This document shows positions 38,841 to 51,043 of a stretch of 64,000 nt of DNA, piece after piece. The notes under the pieces are model-generated. The model ran no database searches and had not been told where the DNA came from. It saw only the letters and a list, made by a program, of their open reading frames with translations. The DNA lies in the NCBI GenBank assembly GCA_965285935.1, contig OZ260661.1, forward strand, positions 144,522,001 to 144,586,000, given 5' to 3'. The position numbers and the translations under genes were made by a program. Numbering within the stretch: the first letter of the stretch is position 1; each line of letters starts with the position of its first letter. The DNA comes from Ophelia neglecta (lineage: Eukaryota).

Positions 38841-41570
38841 ACTGATTGTTTATTTGCCCTAGAAGTGACAAAGATGCCTAAAAGTCAACATAAAGATCTG
38901 TCAGTGTGTGGTAGTAGAGGGGTTCATACTTAATTTGTATACCGACGAATACTATGGATTATATTCTATATTTTTTACTCCAATTTATTTTTATCAAGTG
39001 ACGTTCCAGCCTTATTTTACCACTTGAATAAAGTGAAAGCTTTGATTAAAAAATCCTTCAACCTCCCCATATCGTGTGAAATCACCAACAATGAACAAAC
39101 TGGCAATCTTATTCAGCTGCCGAGGCAATATTGTGCAAAAAAAAAAAAACGGTAATGATCTTGACATTGATCGAATGGAAATACCCTGCGGGTTTAACAT
39201 TTAAACCTTACAATTCGGAAGAGGAACAGTGCTGTATGATTTTTTCTTATTGGAGCATTTAATATATAAGCTTCATTGACTTACCGATACACTAACCAAC
39301 TAGGTGCAAATATTATGATATACTTTTCAGGTATGCAAAATGTATTTTAAAAAACAAGGGACCTTTGGGCATTGCCTTCAAATTGTGCTTGCTCTGATGA
39401 CTATTGATACTAAAACTAAACTTTGAAGTAAAACTAGATTGTCCTTACAGTGTCTCAGCTCACCTGAATTTATCGTACTGAACGACAATGATTTTATCAA
39501 TATAAAATTGATTTAACATTGATTTTACGCTCTATGCATGATCAATCAACCTTTAAAACCATTTCATTTTTATTATGTTCAGTCCATCTACATGTTTGTA
39601 ATCCACACCATATCAAACGTGAAACCTAAAGTCCACGAATCCAGCTTGGCTAACATTTAAGACTACTTAATCAACGTATATGGCAGTTTATTCATATTAA
39701 TTTATGATAGATCCATGAAAGGTGCATCTTCAGCGTCTTGGCCGAGGAATTCACAACCTTAAAACGGGAATGGATATCCAGGAACAAAACAAAATATTAA
39801 GAAAATGTCCATTAAATTGGTCCGAAATCATTAACTGTACGCCAACAATCAATAAGGCCCAGCTCCCCTTAATAAATAAACTAGTAACTAAATTCATTAT
39901 AAACAATTAAGCCTTATGTAAGTTGAAATGAGAAGTAGTTTCCAAGAGTTCCCATGATGATTCCACTTTCCTATTCTCTTTGGTTTAAATGTGAATATCA
40001 GCGTGTTTTCGGCATGTCGAGTGACATGATAACTCACACAGAACCAGGGACGAACTGAGACGGGTTTGTGTATCTAAGATAACACTAAAAATGATATGGT
40101 TCGGTATTTTTCCCACTGAGCAATCTGACATAAGGGTATTTTAACCTCGGAATATCACTTGGAATATTAACAGGAGTGAATACCCGACAGACAAAGCAAA
40201 CGAATGAATCAAGAAAAGTCCATTAAATTAGTTCTAAATGTTCAGGAGCGCCTGCCACAAGCTTGTAAAATGAAGATCGCTGTGCATAACAGCATTCATA
40301 TCACGTGAACGGCATAGTTGATTCTCCATTGAGGGAGATTCAGTGGCGGCTTGGCTCATCAATATTGCATCCATCACATCTTTATCAAGGATAATCCAAA
40401 TTAAACAAAAAGTAACCGGGAACCAAATACGTTATTTTGTCCGCAGGGGCCGATATAGCAGGATATCGACAAGTAATGTGGTGTATCAAGGACAATACTC
40501 AGACCAACGTGCTAGCTCGACTGATAACACTTCATCGCTCAAATAGATTAAAGAGGGAGGTTACCGTCGTAATCAATCACAGCCCTACCCACAGAATGTG
40601 CTTGGTTCTCTGAATGGGGCTGCGGTGGTGTTCACAGCAGTCAGACACCATCGGGCAAATAGAGAAAAAACCCGGAGTTTATACCCAGCAGACACAACCA
40701 AATCATATGTCAAGAATAGTGCTTAAAGTGTTCCAAAATCATGAGGAACCACCAGCCAAAGGACAACATACGTTAATTCCCCGCTTCATAAGATTCAATA
40801 AACTTTTAACAGAAGAAAATGGAAAAATAAAATCACCATACCACCTGCTATTAGAATTACTCAACGCCTTTTCATGATGATGATGCAAGTTAGAGCACAG
40901 AACGTATCCTCTAAGCTATGTTTTAACTTTACTCCAAATAGTTAACGTATTGTATCATTATGTTAGGATACGTTTATATATTTAACACAAGGAGAACAGG
41001 AGGTGCTCGTTATGGTTTAGGGCAACTTTTCTCATATCATATACCATAATGGTCGAAGGGGGTGAAATGGAATACCCACTTTCTTCTATGATTTTGATTT
41101 GCCATGTTTACAACGCTTTATCACAAAATAAAGCATGGTCAATGCTGGCTTCTGTTTGGTCAAGCCCCCAAACGTTTTCTAACCCAGTTTGAAGGGCAGA
41201 GTTACTTATTTACACGTTAAGACGGACTTATTTTACATGTTTCGTAACAAGTGATCGTGGCAAAGAAGTATTTATTGGTAACATTTGCTGTGTTTGGTGT
41301 TTGACTTGGGTCTCAACCTCTGCTCAGAACCTTGGCTGCCGCCTGGATGCTAAGGTAACCAAGTGTGTCCAGCATCGTATGGTCCCGGCCACATCTTAAA
41401 GCCTCCAATTATTCCAGCAGAACCTGAAAAGTTGTATATTAGTCACAATACAATACAATAACTGATGAACACATATTAACGCTTATTCGGAGTTCCGTGT
41501 TTTAAAATTTATATAATCTCTTTTGTTTCCAACCGTGGTTTGATTTGGTATTTCATTGAAAGTCTACAGC

Positions 41571-41644
41571 ACAGGCCTCATATTAGTGGTCTGAATTGAC
41601 AGGTGGCCTGATTATAGAGGTGGTCTTTAAGGCAGGATTCACTG
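41571..41644 (-). mobile_element. MITE family A, partial
   Basis: One TIR plus subterminal GTGGTC motifs. Confidence 0.8.
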
Positions 41645-41892
41645 CACATGGGTCTGGTATACAGACCCTTATTGGCACCTCCCTGTCTTAACAATACAGA
41701 ACTTACCCCCCCTCATAGTGTCCCATTGTGACTCTTTACGTATCGGTATCGGTCTGACAACACCTCGTGCTTGAGATGTTAATCTACAACCCCGAGGGTT
41801 GACGGAAGGCATTATAGCCCCACGGACTTAAATGGCAAGCTACTTCTCTTGGAAGTTTCACAACTCCTGTACGGGCTACTGAGCAGCAGACG

Positions 41893-42054
41893 ATGACATA
41901 TTGCTATTTGACCCTCGAAGTACATCAAGGCCGTTTCATTTCTGATGTATTGGTGGCAAGGGACTCAAGGATGGAAACTGCTAAAGAAATGGATAACATA
42001 AAACTTTTGGCATCTCGCATATGGATTGCTCGGGACCCATTTACACGGGGCTCT
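41893..42054 (+). CDS. Candidate alternative first exon ...METAKEMDNIKLLASRIWIARDPFTRGS (phase 0)
   Basis: 54 open codons from the ATG to TCT|GTGAGT. RIWIA echoes RIWRA (10943) and TIWQA (50612). Confidence 0.4.
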
Positions 42055-42265
42055 GTGAGTTTTATATGTATTATGGCTGTCTTCTGAACACGCCCGCATT
42101 CAGTGACGGTTTTCGAATTAGCCCTGGTACATTACCTCTGTAAAGAAGCATAAGGGGAGTTAAATCAAGCTTGCTGTTAAAAGTAAACTTGATATAGAAT
42201 CTGTTCTGTCTGCGTTTTTTAAAAGCGTTTACTTGTTTGTATTCACCTTATTTCGTGTTCAAGTA

Positions 42266-42424
42266 AAGTGAAACCTGTGAATTAAGACCACTAAAGGGAC
42301 TGGAAAATAATGGTCTGATTTCAACGGTGGTCTGTTTAGACAGGTTTAGTATCATTAGAGGCAAACAGCATGGTCCTGACCGGTGGTCTGATTAGAGAGG
42401 TGATTTTTAAGGCAGGTTTCACTG
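42266..42424 (-). mobile_element. MITE family A copy with internal deletion
   Basis: TA flanks, both TIRs. Confidence 0.85.
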
Positions 42425-43466
42425 TAGTTAAGGTTATAGAAGTGTTGATTGATGTTTGTTAGCCTGCAGCTGACAGTTTCTGACGAGTTTGAACAGATTT
42501 AATGTAATATTTGTGAATGAGGACCTCTCTTTGTTTTCATGGTATCCACTTTTTTTATAGTTCAATACAAGGGATAAATGCCAAACGTGTTGATACGAAG
42601 ATCCCACCAGAAGTCGTATATTTATATCTTTATTAATAAGAATATTTTACAATGTAAATGAATACTAAAGTTTCTGTTTATGTGTAGTTTCATGATCAAA
42701 TTTACTTCCTTCAAAAATGTTTTAGTGTTATCTTGCAGGTCTGAAGTAACATGATACATATGTATATACTTAAGTTTTCTGTAAGAACAACAAACATAAA
42801 CTTGCTTCGATAAAACCACCCTTTTAATTTCAAACATAACTTCAGGGAATATTGGGCATGGAAACCAGACCGAATTAACAGGTATACACACATAAGAAAA
42901 ATAATTTAATCCATTGAATGTGCGATATCAACATCAATCCTTCAGCTGCACTTTGCTGTTAAAAAACTCATTTGACAACCACTGACTCGCTTAAGAAGAA
43001 GTTGACTTTTCTGACTTTCATATTGCAGACTGCAACTGATTAGAAGTTGCCCTATAATCACACAAATCATGAGTTCGAATATTTTTTTCTCGAATTTTGC
43101 GATAATCGCGAAAATGATGTATATTCGCTTTGTCGACGTCGCCCTACTGCCCATAAGAAATCACTCTACCTTCAACACTTTCAACTCTGAATATATTTAA
43201 CTAAAGTGGTTCTGAAAGCAGTCGAGGCGTTAGTGTTGATAGGGATAATTAATTAGCGACGAAATCTCATGTCAAGTGTAGTGTTCGTCAGATTTCCCTG
43301 CAGGCGAATCTTTCCTAGTTTGCAGTAGGTAGTTGAGAATGCATGGCACGGGTTTCTTGGCTGAGAAATTGATTTGTTTTTCTGTTCATGGTCGATGCAT
43401 GGCATTGCAGTAAATGTTTTGATACAACGGTTGAGGCTACACACATGACTAAAATAACCAGTTATA

Positions 43467-43645
43467 CAGTAAAACGTGTAAATTAAGACCACCAAAAGAA
43501 CTAAAGAATACTGGTCTGATTTTGGAGGTGGTCTGTTTAGACAGGTTTTTTAAAAATTGAAAATATACAGCACAATCCTCATATTGGTAGTCTGAATTGA
43601 CAGGTGGTCTGATTATAGAGGTGGTCTTAAAGGCAGGTTTCAGTG
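43467..43645 (-). mobile_element. MITE family A copy
   Basis: TA-CAGTAAAACGTG ... CAGGTTTCAGTG. Confidence 0.88.
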
Positions 43646-44022
43646 TGGTTGATTCAGCCATTAATAGCGCCGATCAGGAACGAGCTGCTGTAAAGAATAT
43701 AAATCCTAGGGGCTTAAACTTAATGTGAAAATACCAAACGCATATAATATGATAACAAATGAAACGACTCTAAAGAATATAAGTCCCAGGCGCTAAAACT
43801 AAAAGTGAAAGTACCAAGCGTATATAAAATGAAAACCTATAAAAGAATGTAGCAACTGTCATGAGGAAAGTTAAAGACATGCAGCTGAAAGTAGATATAG
43901 ACAACTCTGGGACGATTCATAGATATACTCTTATCTGGTTGAACGATTCCATATAATCAGTGATAACCATGTCACAAAATGTACAGAACACAAGTATTTT
44001 GTACATGATTTTGTAGCATCCC

Positions 44023-44232
44023 CAGAGTCTGGTATCTAGAAACGGTCTTAGTTTAAGGATTGGTTAATCGCTGTTCCATTGACCAGGAGTAAGTTTAAAA
44101 CCAAAATGCCGACTTTTAATACCAAATCCAAATTCCAGAAACCCAGATTAGTAAATTAAGACCGATCAAGCACTTTAAGCTATTTTTTAATTCGAATTAA
44201 GAGTTAATACTACTTTTACAAACCTGGTCCAG
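44023..44232 (+). mobile_element. MITE family B degenerate copy
   Basis: Colinear with 45272-45508, CAG at both ends. Confidence 0.75.
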
Positions 44233-45271
44233 GGGTCATAGGTTAAACATATAAGGAATCACACGTTGATCATCAAAAAACCGTTTGGCATTCAGCAGGA
44301 AAAAGCAGACTTGATGGTCAGCCTGTGGTACTACTTTGTTTTGTTAGTAGTACCAGAAATCTTTCCTTTCTGATTAGTCGCGTGTGTTTACTACTAACCT
44401 GTGTTGCTCGTATAGAGCCTAATGGGACTGTGCTACTCTGGCGTGTTAGGGATAGCTCCATATTGATTTCAGCGAGATTTTCATTTCTACCCTGGAACAT
44501 AATATACCAAGAGGTTTTGAAATAGAGGAACCTGCTCTCAGGCCATTATGATTACTATTAACAACCAATCCTTTTCGAACCGGGTATTCTGTATCTGATA
44601 TTGATAATTTACTATTCCGGTTGTATCTAGAAATCAATGAATATAAGATTAGCATATCTTAACTCTGTCTGGCCAAACACAAAGCGTAACATTGCCGTCA
44701 TAAAGTAACAAAATAATATGTTTTTTTATAAGATTAAAAAGATACATGTTCCAGTAGAGGAAACTGTTTACTGAATAAAGTATGGATTATGTCGCATAGT
44801 TTACACAGCAGGTACTGATAATATTAATCAGTTGTCTCCCAAATAATAACTAACAAAAATTATGAACTATAATCTTAGGAAAATGTTACAGGAATTTTAC
44901 ACATTTAAATTTAACCTTATTAGGCAGGTGTATAGTCTAATATACCTCTATTTGCAGCGTACCGAGTGATTGGCTAGTCAAACTGTCCTTTGCACATTAG
45001 ATGTGTGCTGTAGGAAATCAAGGGTTACTGTAAATAGGTCGAACAGTTAGTCACGTAGGCCACAATTCACGTCACGGCCACAGTAAGAAGGGTGACCTTG
45101 GCTAGGATATAAAGCAGGCCACCTTACTCTTTACTAAATACATATCATATTAGTTGTCAAACATAAGTGAGGGTTATGATAGCAGTTTTGAACAAATGGG
45201 AGCCTATAGCTGGTAGACGAAATGAAATAGTTAATCAAGAGTAGTACTTCGAATATGTCCAAAATAATCAG

Positions 45272-45508
45272 GGGCCGGTTTCTGGAAGGGGTCTTACGTT
45301 TTGGGATTAGATTAGCCTAAGACCGATTAGCTGAGGCCATGTTAAGCAGTGTTTCCACAGACCAGGCTGAAGTATAAGACCAAAATGGCTAGGTTTAAGA
45401 CCTAATCCAGCTTCCAGAAACCTCGATTAGTGAGTTAAGACCGATTAAGCACTTTAATCCTGATTTTAATCCGAGTTATAAGTTAAGACCGCTTCCAGAA
45501 ACCGGGCC
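45272..45508 (+). mobile_element. PIF/Harbinger-like MITE family B, best-preserved copy
   Basis: TIR GGGCCGGTTTCTGGAAG / CTTCCAGAAACCGGGCC, CAG on both sides. Confidence 0.88.
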
Positions 45509-46479
45509 CAGGAGCTTGTCGAAAATAAGTAAATAATAAGTCATTTTTTGAATGGGAACAAACCGACCAAGTAGATCCTGAACCGTCGTTATGTATTTGG
45601 AGGGTTTTGAGTGTTTAAGCTGGATGGAAAGTGTAGGGTTGGGAGTTAAAGTAATGAAGTGTTTAAGGCAGTTTCTGACACATGAGTGGCGAGGATGTTA
45701 GTTGATGGTGTCCAGTGTTTGTCGAAGGCTGATTAAGAGTCGATCAAATATTTGACTGCGAAATCAGAATGTGCTCTGGCCATCAAGACGTCTTTGGACC
45801 GATAACCAGAAGGCATCATTTATCGACCCACATCATTGTGCCCTTCCTGTCAAGAAACCCTAGACTGGTAACCGGAAAGCCTTATTTCCAAGGCTGACCT
45901 ATGATTTGTTGACAGCAAATATGTATACAGTTGGCAAATGGCTGGGTTGTCCCCGTTACCAACCCTCTGAAACCACCTTGCGTGGGTCCAGAAATAGGCC
46001 CGATATTCTATAGGCTAAACCATGATTAAAAAAATATGTTTTAACCAGCAGAAAATTCAATAATTGAGCATTACAATTTGTTATTCCTGCCAAACGTTTG
46101 TAGTAGATTTGTGTCATATTGGTTGCAGTGTTTTCTGAGCGGGAGATGTTTTAACATTACTTGTGGGTTGCCATGGTGATCAATTCATCGTCTGACTGCT
46201 AATGGCGCAATTGTCACTTAGAGTAGTTGTGTAAAAGCTCACTCTCATATTATCGCCAAAAACTTAATTATAGTCCAATACAATAAGTTCGGAATTACAA
46301 TTGATTTGTTGCGGGTAGGAGGAAATTGACAGTTGTCGCGTGATGAGTTGGCGGAGTCAGGAAGGACCATGCAAGTGGTGTTTACTCAAGCCTATAAATA
46401 CCCCGGGGTGGGGGGTGGGATGCGGCTCTATGGGCGCCACAGGGTTTGTGTGTGGAAGTGAGCCACCTCGTGCAAAATA

Positions 46480-46639
46480 CAGTGAAACCTGCCTTTAAGA
46501 CCACCTCTATAATCAGACCACCTGTCCATTCAGACCACCAATATGAGGATTGTGCTGTATATTTTCAATTTTTAATAACCTGTTTAAACACGCCACCTCC
46601 AAAATCAGACCAGTTTTCTCCAGTTTACAAGTTTCAATG
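46480..46639 (+). mobile_element. MITE family A copy with deletion near the right end
   Basis: TA-CAGTGAAACCTG, degenerate right TIR caagtttcaatg. Confidence 0.85.
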
Positions 46640-46681
46640 GGTTGTATTGATATGACTACATCGACCCTTCCTTCTAGAAGG

Positions 46682-47077
46682 ACCACCAAAGCGTGGCCGA
46701 GTGGTTAGGGTGTCCGCCTCGCAAGTGGGGGATCGGGGTTCGAACCTCGATCGCACCAAGGCGTGGCCGAGTGGTTAGGGCGTCCGCCTCGTAATTTGGA
46801 GATCGGGGTTCACTTCTCGATCGCGTCAAACCTAGATGTAAAAATAGGTACTGATAGCTCCCCTGCACGGCGCCCGGTATTTCGGGGTAGTATCAGGACT
46901 GGTCAACCCGGTGTCAGTATAATGTGACTGGGTGGGGTTCCCTGTCTGGTGTCTACGGCAGGTACTCCAGTCATGCAGCACTCTAAAGAGGGCATTGAGC
47001 CCACTGTCACAAGTAGACAAGAAGACACTGTGGCGATATGAAAGTATTGAAAGCCACGAAAAACCCCAAAACAACAA
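46682..47077 (+). mobile_element. tRNA-derived SINE (Meta/MESC-like) with duplicated head and 12-bp TSD
   Basis: A box TGGCCGAGTGG and B box GGTTCGAAC, core GTGTCAGTATAATGTGACTGGGTGGGG, (ACA)n tail, CCTTCTAGAAGG at 46670-46681 and 47078-47089. Family assignment is from memory. Confidence 0.9.
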
Positions 47078-47110
47078 CCTTCTAGAAGGTATCTGATTGT
47101 TTATCTAGAG

Positions 47111-47256
47111 CAGAGACCTGATATGGCCAGACAATACACATATAAACACTGGTATGCGTGGAATTATTTCGATCATTAATCCCAGAGACCTGATATGGCC
47201 AGACAATACACATATAAACACTGGTATGCGTGGAATTATTTCGATCATTTATCCCA
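47111..47256. repeat. 72-bp direct duplication x2
   Basis: cagagacctgatatggccag at 47111 and 47183. Confidence 0.95.
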
Positions 47257-47707
47257 ATTTGGTTCTCTAGCTTGAATGGATGGCCATTTGGTTGTGACGG
47301 GGAGAGGAGGGATGGGAGCACTTCCGTATGCTTCGGAAGGGGGGGGGGGGGGGCGGATGGAGAAGAAAAAGTTAGCCCTTGTTAGGGCGCATTCATTACA
47401 TTTCTAATCCTAGTGAGTTTACCACCGGGGGTGGGGGAGGGGCTGCATGGGGAAGGGGTGGAGTTGTACCCAAACGACCGACTTTGACTCCCTACTGCTT
47501 GCAGTGTTTGTTAACTGTTTGTCCATATGTGTCCTGTCTTTTGTTGTTCCTTGGTTCAAGTTTCATTCGTCTCCACTTTCCCTCGGGGAATGTTTGCTGC
47601 AAGTTACTGTACACAAAACGAATTGGGGAGTCGGAAAACTAAAATATTTCAACTTATATTTTTGACACTTAATATTATCCCAGAGTAATTCTGGAGTGAT
47701 TTCCATG

Positions 47708-47937
47708 AGAAAGTAGGGCTTCGCAGGCAAATCACATACAGGACAGTAGGGCTACGTAGGGAGAATCACATCCAGAAAGTAGGGCGACGCAGGCGAATCT
47801 CATAGAGAAAATAGGGCTACGCAGGCGAATCACATAGAGAAAAAAGGGCTACGCAGGCAAATCACATAGAGAAAGTAGGGCGACGCAGGCAAATCGCATA
47901 GAGAAAGTAGGGCGACGCAGGCAAATCACATATAGAA
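47708..47937. repeat. 32-bp minisatellite x7
   Basis: Unit agaaagtagggcgacgcaggcaaatcacatag. Confidence 0.93.
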
Positions 47938-50611
47938 ATTAATACCTTGATCCTGGTAAATGGAAACTACGATTAACGTGGTGTCAATTAATCGACAATA
48001 GTCATTAAATTAAATCCGAAAACTTATAACGCTTTTAGAAACCCTGGCCAGAAAATTAACGCCAGAAAATTAACGCGGAGGGGATTTTTTTTTCGCGAAT
48101 TTCTTGTTAATCGCGCAAATTCAAAGCTTGCCAAGTTTTCCTGGATAACGGTATCAAGCTGTGTTGTTAATGGCGCTCCTTCTGAATGCCAACAATTGTC
48201 ACAGCGTAAATGTTTAACGGCCTGACGCATGTCACACACGTCTTCCCTCACACCTCGATGATTAGGAGGCATGCCTCCCTATCCATTAACCTGTCAGAGC
48301 CGCTGGTATTCTCTCTCTGAACGTCGTATAATAACAACCCCTTAAAGCGCTGAGCGCGGAAAGGGTGTTTGAAAAGAGGCGTGTAATGATTACTGAAAAC
48401 AATCAGTCGTAGAGCTCTGTCTCCAAAGTATATAGCCGAGAGAGTTGGGTTTTTACAAAGGTCAATTCTATACCTAGCTTTAACGTACTTGAGCATCTTT
48501 CTTATGACATCAGGACAAGTTGAGTCTTTCATTAAACCTCCGGTGAGCGCAGAGGTTTTTCATGGAATCATTCTGGCTTAGACTTGTTGGGACAAAAGCA
48601 AATAGCCATCGCAGGCCTTACTTGTGAGGAAAATACTCATGCGATACGGTAAAAGGAGGATAACTGGTGTCAACTTTACAGACGGCCCAAACGACACCTC
48701 AAGTAGAGGCAGAAGAAACTATAATATGGCGGGTTCCGAGGGAGGTAGAATTGTTCACCATACTTAGGTCAGATCAAAAACAGTCCATTGAATTCTCGCC
48801 TTTTTAATGGGAAACGATCTGCTCACTTCTGGCGAGCAAAAGCCACTTCTGGGTTGTTTTGGTGGCATTAAACCGAGAAGCAGTCTCTGGAAGCAGACTT
48901 ATCTCGGATTTGTTATCAAACTAGTTAGAAATAACCAGAGATAAAAGAAGAAGACAGACTGTTTTAGTTTGAAATACAAGTCCCATTGTTGTTCGCGCAA
49001 ATATGTGTAATGAGAATTAGGGAGCTAAATTACCAGTAGCCTGGTGTTTATTGAAAGCATCTCGGCTGAGAGGACATTGCTGTGAGTTGAAGTGGGTCGG
49101 TGTTTGCTCAAGCCACATAAGAAAACGGAAGTAGGATGTTAGGTGTTGGCGGGGAGAGTTTGCTGGAGGAACCTTCCGAATCTCTCAAATATTTGTCTAA
49201 AAATTCATTATGTATCTGGTCAACGGGAGTTTTCACCAAACAAACAGCAGTGATGACTTCATTTCGGCCAGGGTCAACAAGAACCGCATGGCACATTGGT
49301 CCTAATGATTTTAGCTGGGGATATTGTCCTGGACAAAGACCACAGTAATTACTGCGGTTCGCGGACAGAGTGTGTCTTTTAACAGCATATGACATTAAAT
49401 CAGTGTTCACCAGTGTCAGGAGGACACTATCGAGTATCATAAACTGGTGTCCAATGGCTCTGGTTGTAGGCGAATATATAAAACCAAAACGGAGATATTC
49501 GCGAGGGTCACATTAGCCGCCAGCATCCATTGTTTTTCCCTATGCTTCCACTAGCTGCATTGGAACAATATTAACTAATACATGTAGTTGGCGTCCAATT
49601 TCACCACAACGCAGCTTGTAATAGGACAGAAAACGTCCACCATAGATTGTGTTAGCCAGTTAATAAGTTATCTGTGTGCAGAATCTCGACGAAATTGGAC
49701 AAATAAGAATAGAGATATATGACACAAAAACTGGACAGCCGTCGGATATTTGATAATTGTCGTCTAGATGCTCTGCCAAAAGAGTGTACGTGATTTAACG
49801 TGTTATCTCATACAACGATTGTGCGCGATGTATGTGTGTATTTGCCAGTTTAGTGACGTCATGTTTATATAGCGCTTTGAAAGTCGCCTTATAGACACTT
49901 TGGCAAATTGTGGAAAATAATCCAAAAGAAACTTTATTCCAATGAAGTGGGAATAACGGTACCTAAGGTGAGTCCCGTGGGATGCCCTTAGTTGAGAGAC
50001 AACATCATTTTTGAGGAGATGGAAACAGGTTGAGGCTTTCACCGTGTTCACTCTCCAGAGTGTCCGGGGCAGTTAATGCTCGATTTGGGAATGCTTACTT
50101 TACTCAGATGCGCTCGCTTGGATAGAAAACAAAAGTGCAGGGCTCAGACCTGAAGGCGCACTGTGTTCAGCTCTGGAGGACCGGTATCTACAGTGTGAGT
50201 GTCGATTTTGAATATAAACCCGTCCCTAATGACTCATTCTTCTGTTGTGTAGGGCGTGTTGCCTGTATATGCCCGACAGGCCTAATGAATACATGTGCTC
50301 GACACACATATACAATGTTTCCCTCTGAATGCATCCCAATCCATTAGGCTTGGCACCGCACTCGGCGGCCTCCTTCAGGCTGTGGCGTGAACCACGGCTG
50401 TCGGCTGGGAGAGGACTGCTCGGATAGCTGTAAATACGCTGTCAAACTGTTCAGGCTTGTAGTGTATTATAGTATACATCATCGTTGACCATCAGGAGCC
50501 TTTAATTCACAATCACAGGGAGTATTAACCATAATACCGATTCAGATTGTTTCCTGGGACCATCTGTGATTTTAAGTCGTTGCGAAACTAATTTAATCGC
50601 AGGGAGACTCT

Positions 50612-50689
50612 ATGGCAGATTCACAGAAAGTTCCCGCTGTGGTGAAGACAGCGGAAGACGAGGTGACAATATGGCAGGCCCCGTGGGAG
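50612..50689 (+). CDS. Candidate alternative first exon MADSQKVPAVVKTAEDEVTIWQAPWE (phase 0)
   Basis: ATGG, 26 codons, GAG|GTAAGT. Shares length and motif with 10943-11020. Confidence 0.65.
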
Positions 50690-50865
50690 GTAAGTAAAAC
50701 ATCGTGAGGACAATATGGCAAGCGCCGTGGGAGGTTAGTAGGCCGGAGTAAATAAAATTGAGTCCCCTTATTGTAAGGTCCCACACTCCTAGACTGCTTT
50801 TACCTATCCTAACCCCAAAAAGTCTCTTGGTTTCCAAAATTATTATTTTTAATTTCATGGATATA

Positions 50866-51043
50866 CAGTGGGGCCTGTGAATTAAGACCACCCAAGGGAC
50901 TGGAAAATACTGGTCTGATTTTGGAGGTGGTCTGTTTACACAGGTTATTTAACATTGAAAGTATATAGCATGGTCCTCATATTAGTGGTCTGAATTGACA
51001 GGTGGTCTGATTATAGAGGTGGTATTTAAAGCAGGTATCACTG
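50866..51043 (-). mobile_element. MITE family A copy
   Basis: TA-CAGTGGGGCCTG ... CAGGTATCACTG, 178 bp. Confidence 0.88.

Noticed and set aside
46684-46823. Two tandem tRNA genes
   Set aside because: They are SINE heads, followed by a SINE body and tail and enclosed by a TSD.
48024-49560. Minus-strand ORFs suggesting a decayed transposase (YLRFGFIYSP resembles hAT/Buster BED-finger starts)
   Set aside because: The expected CxxC and His residues do not follow, and no DDE motifs or TIRs were found. A tblastn or HMM search would settle it.
49895-50347. Three small exon-like segments with plausible splice sites
   Set aside because: Their phases do not join into one open frame. At most they are untranslated exons upstream of 50612.
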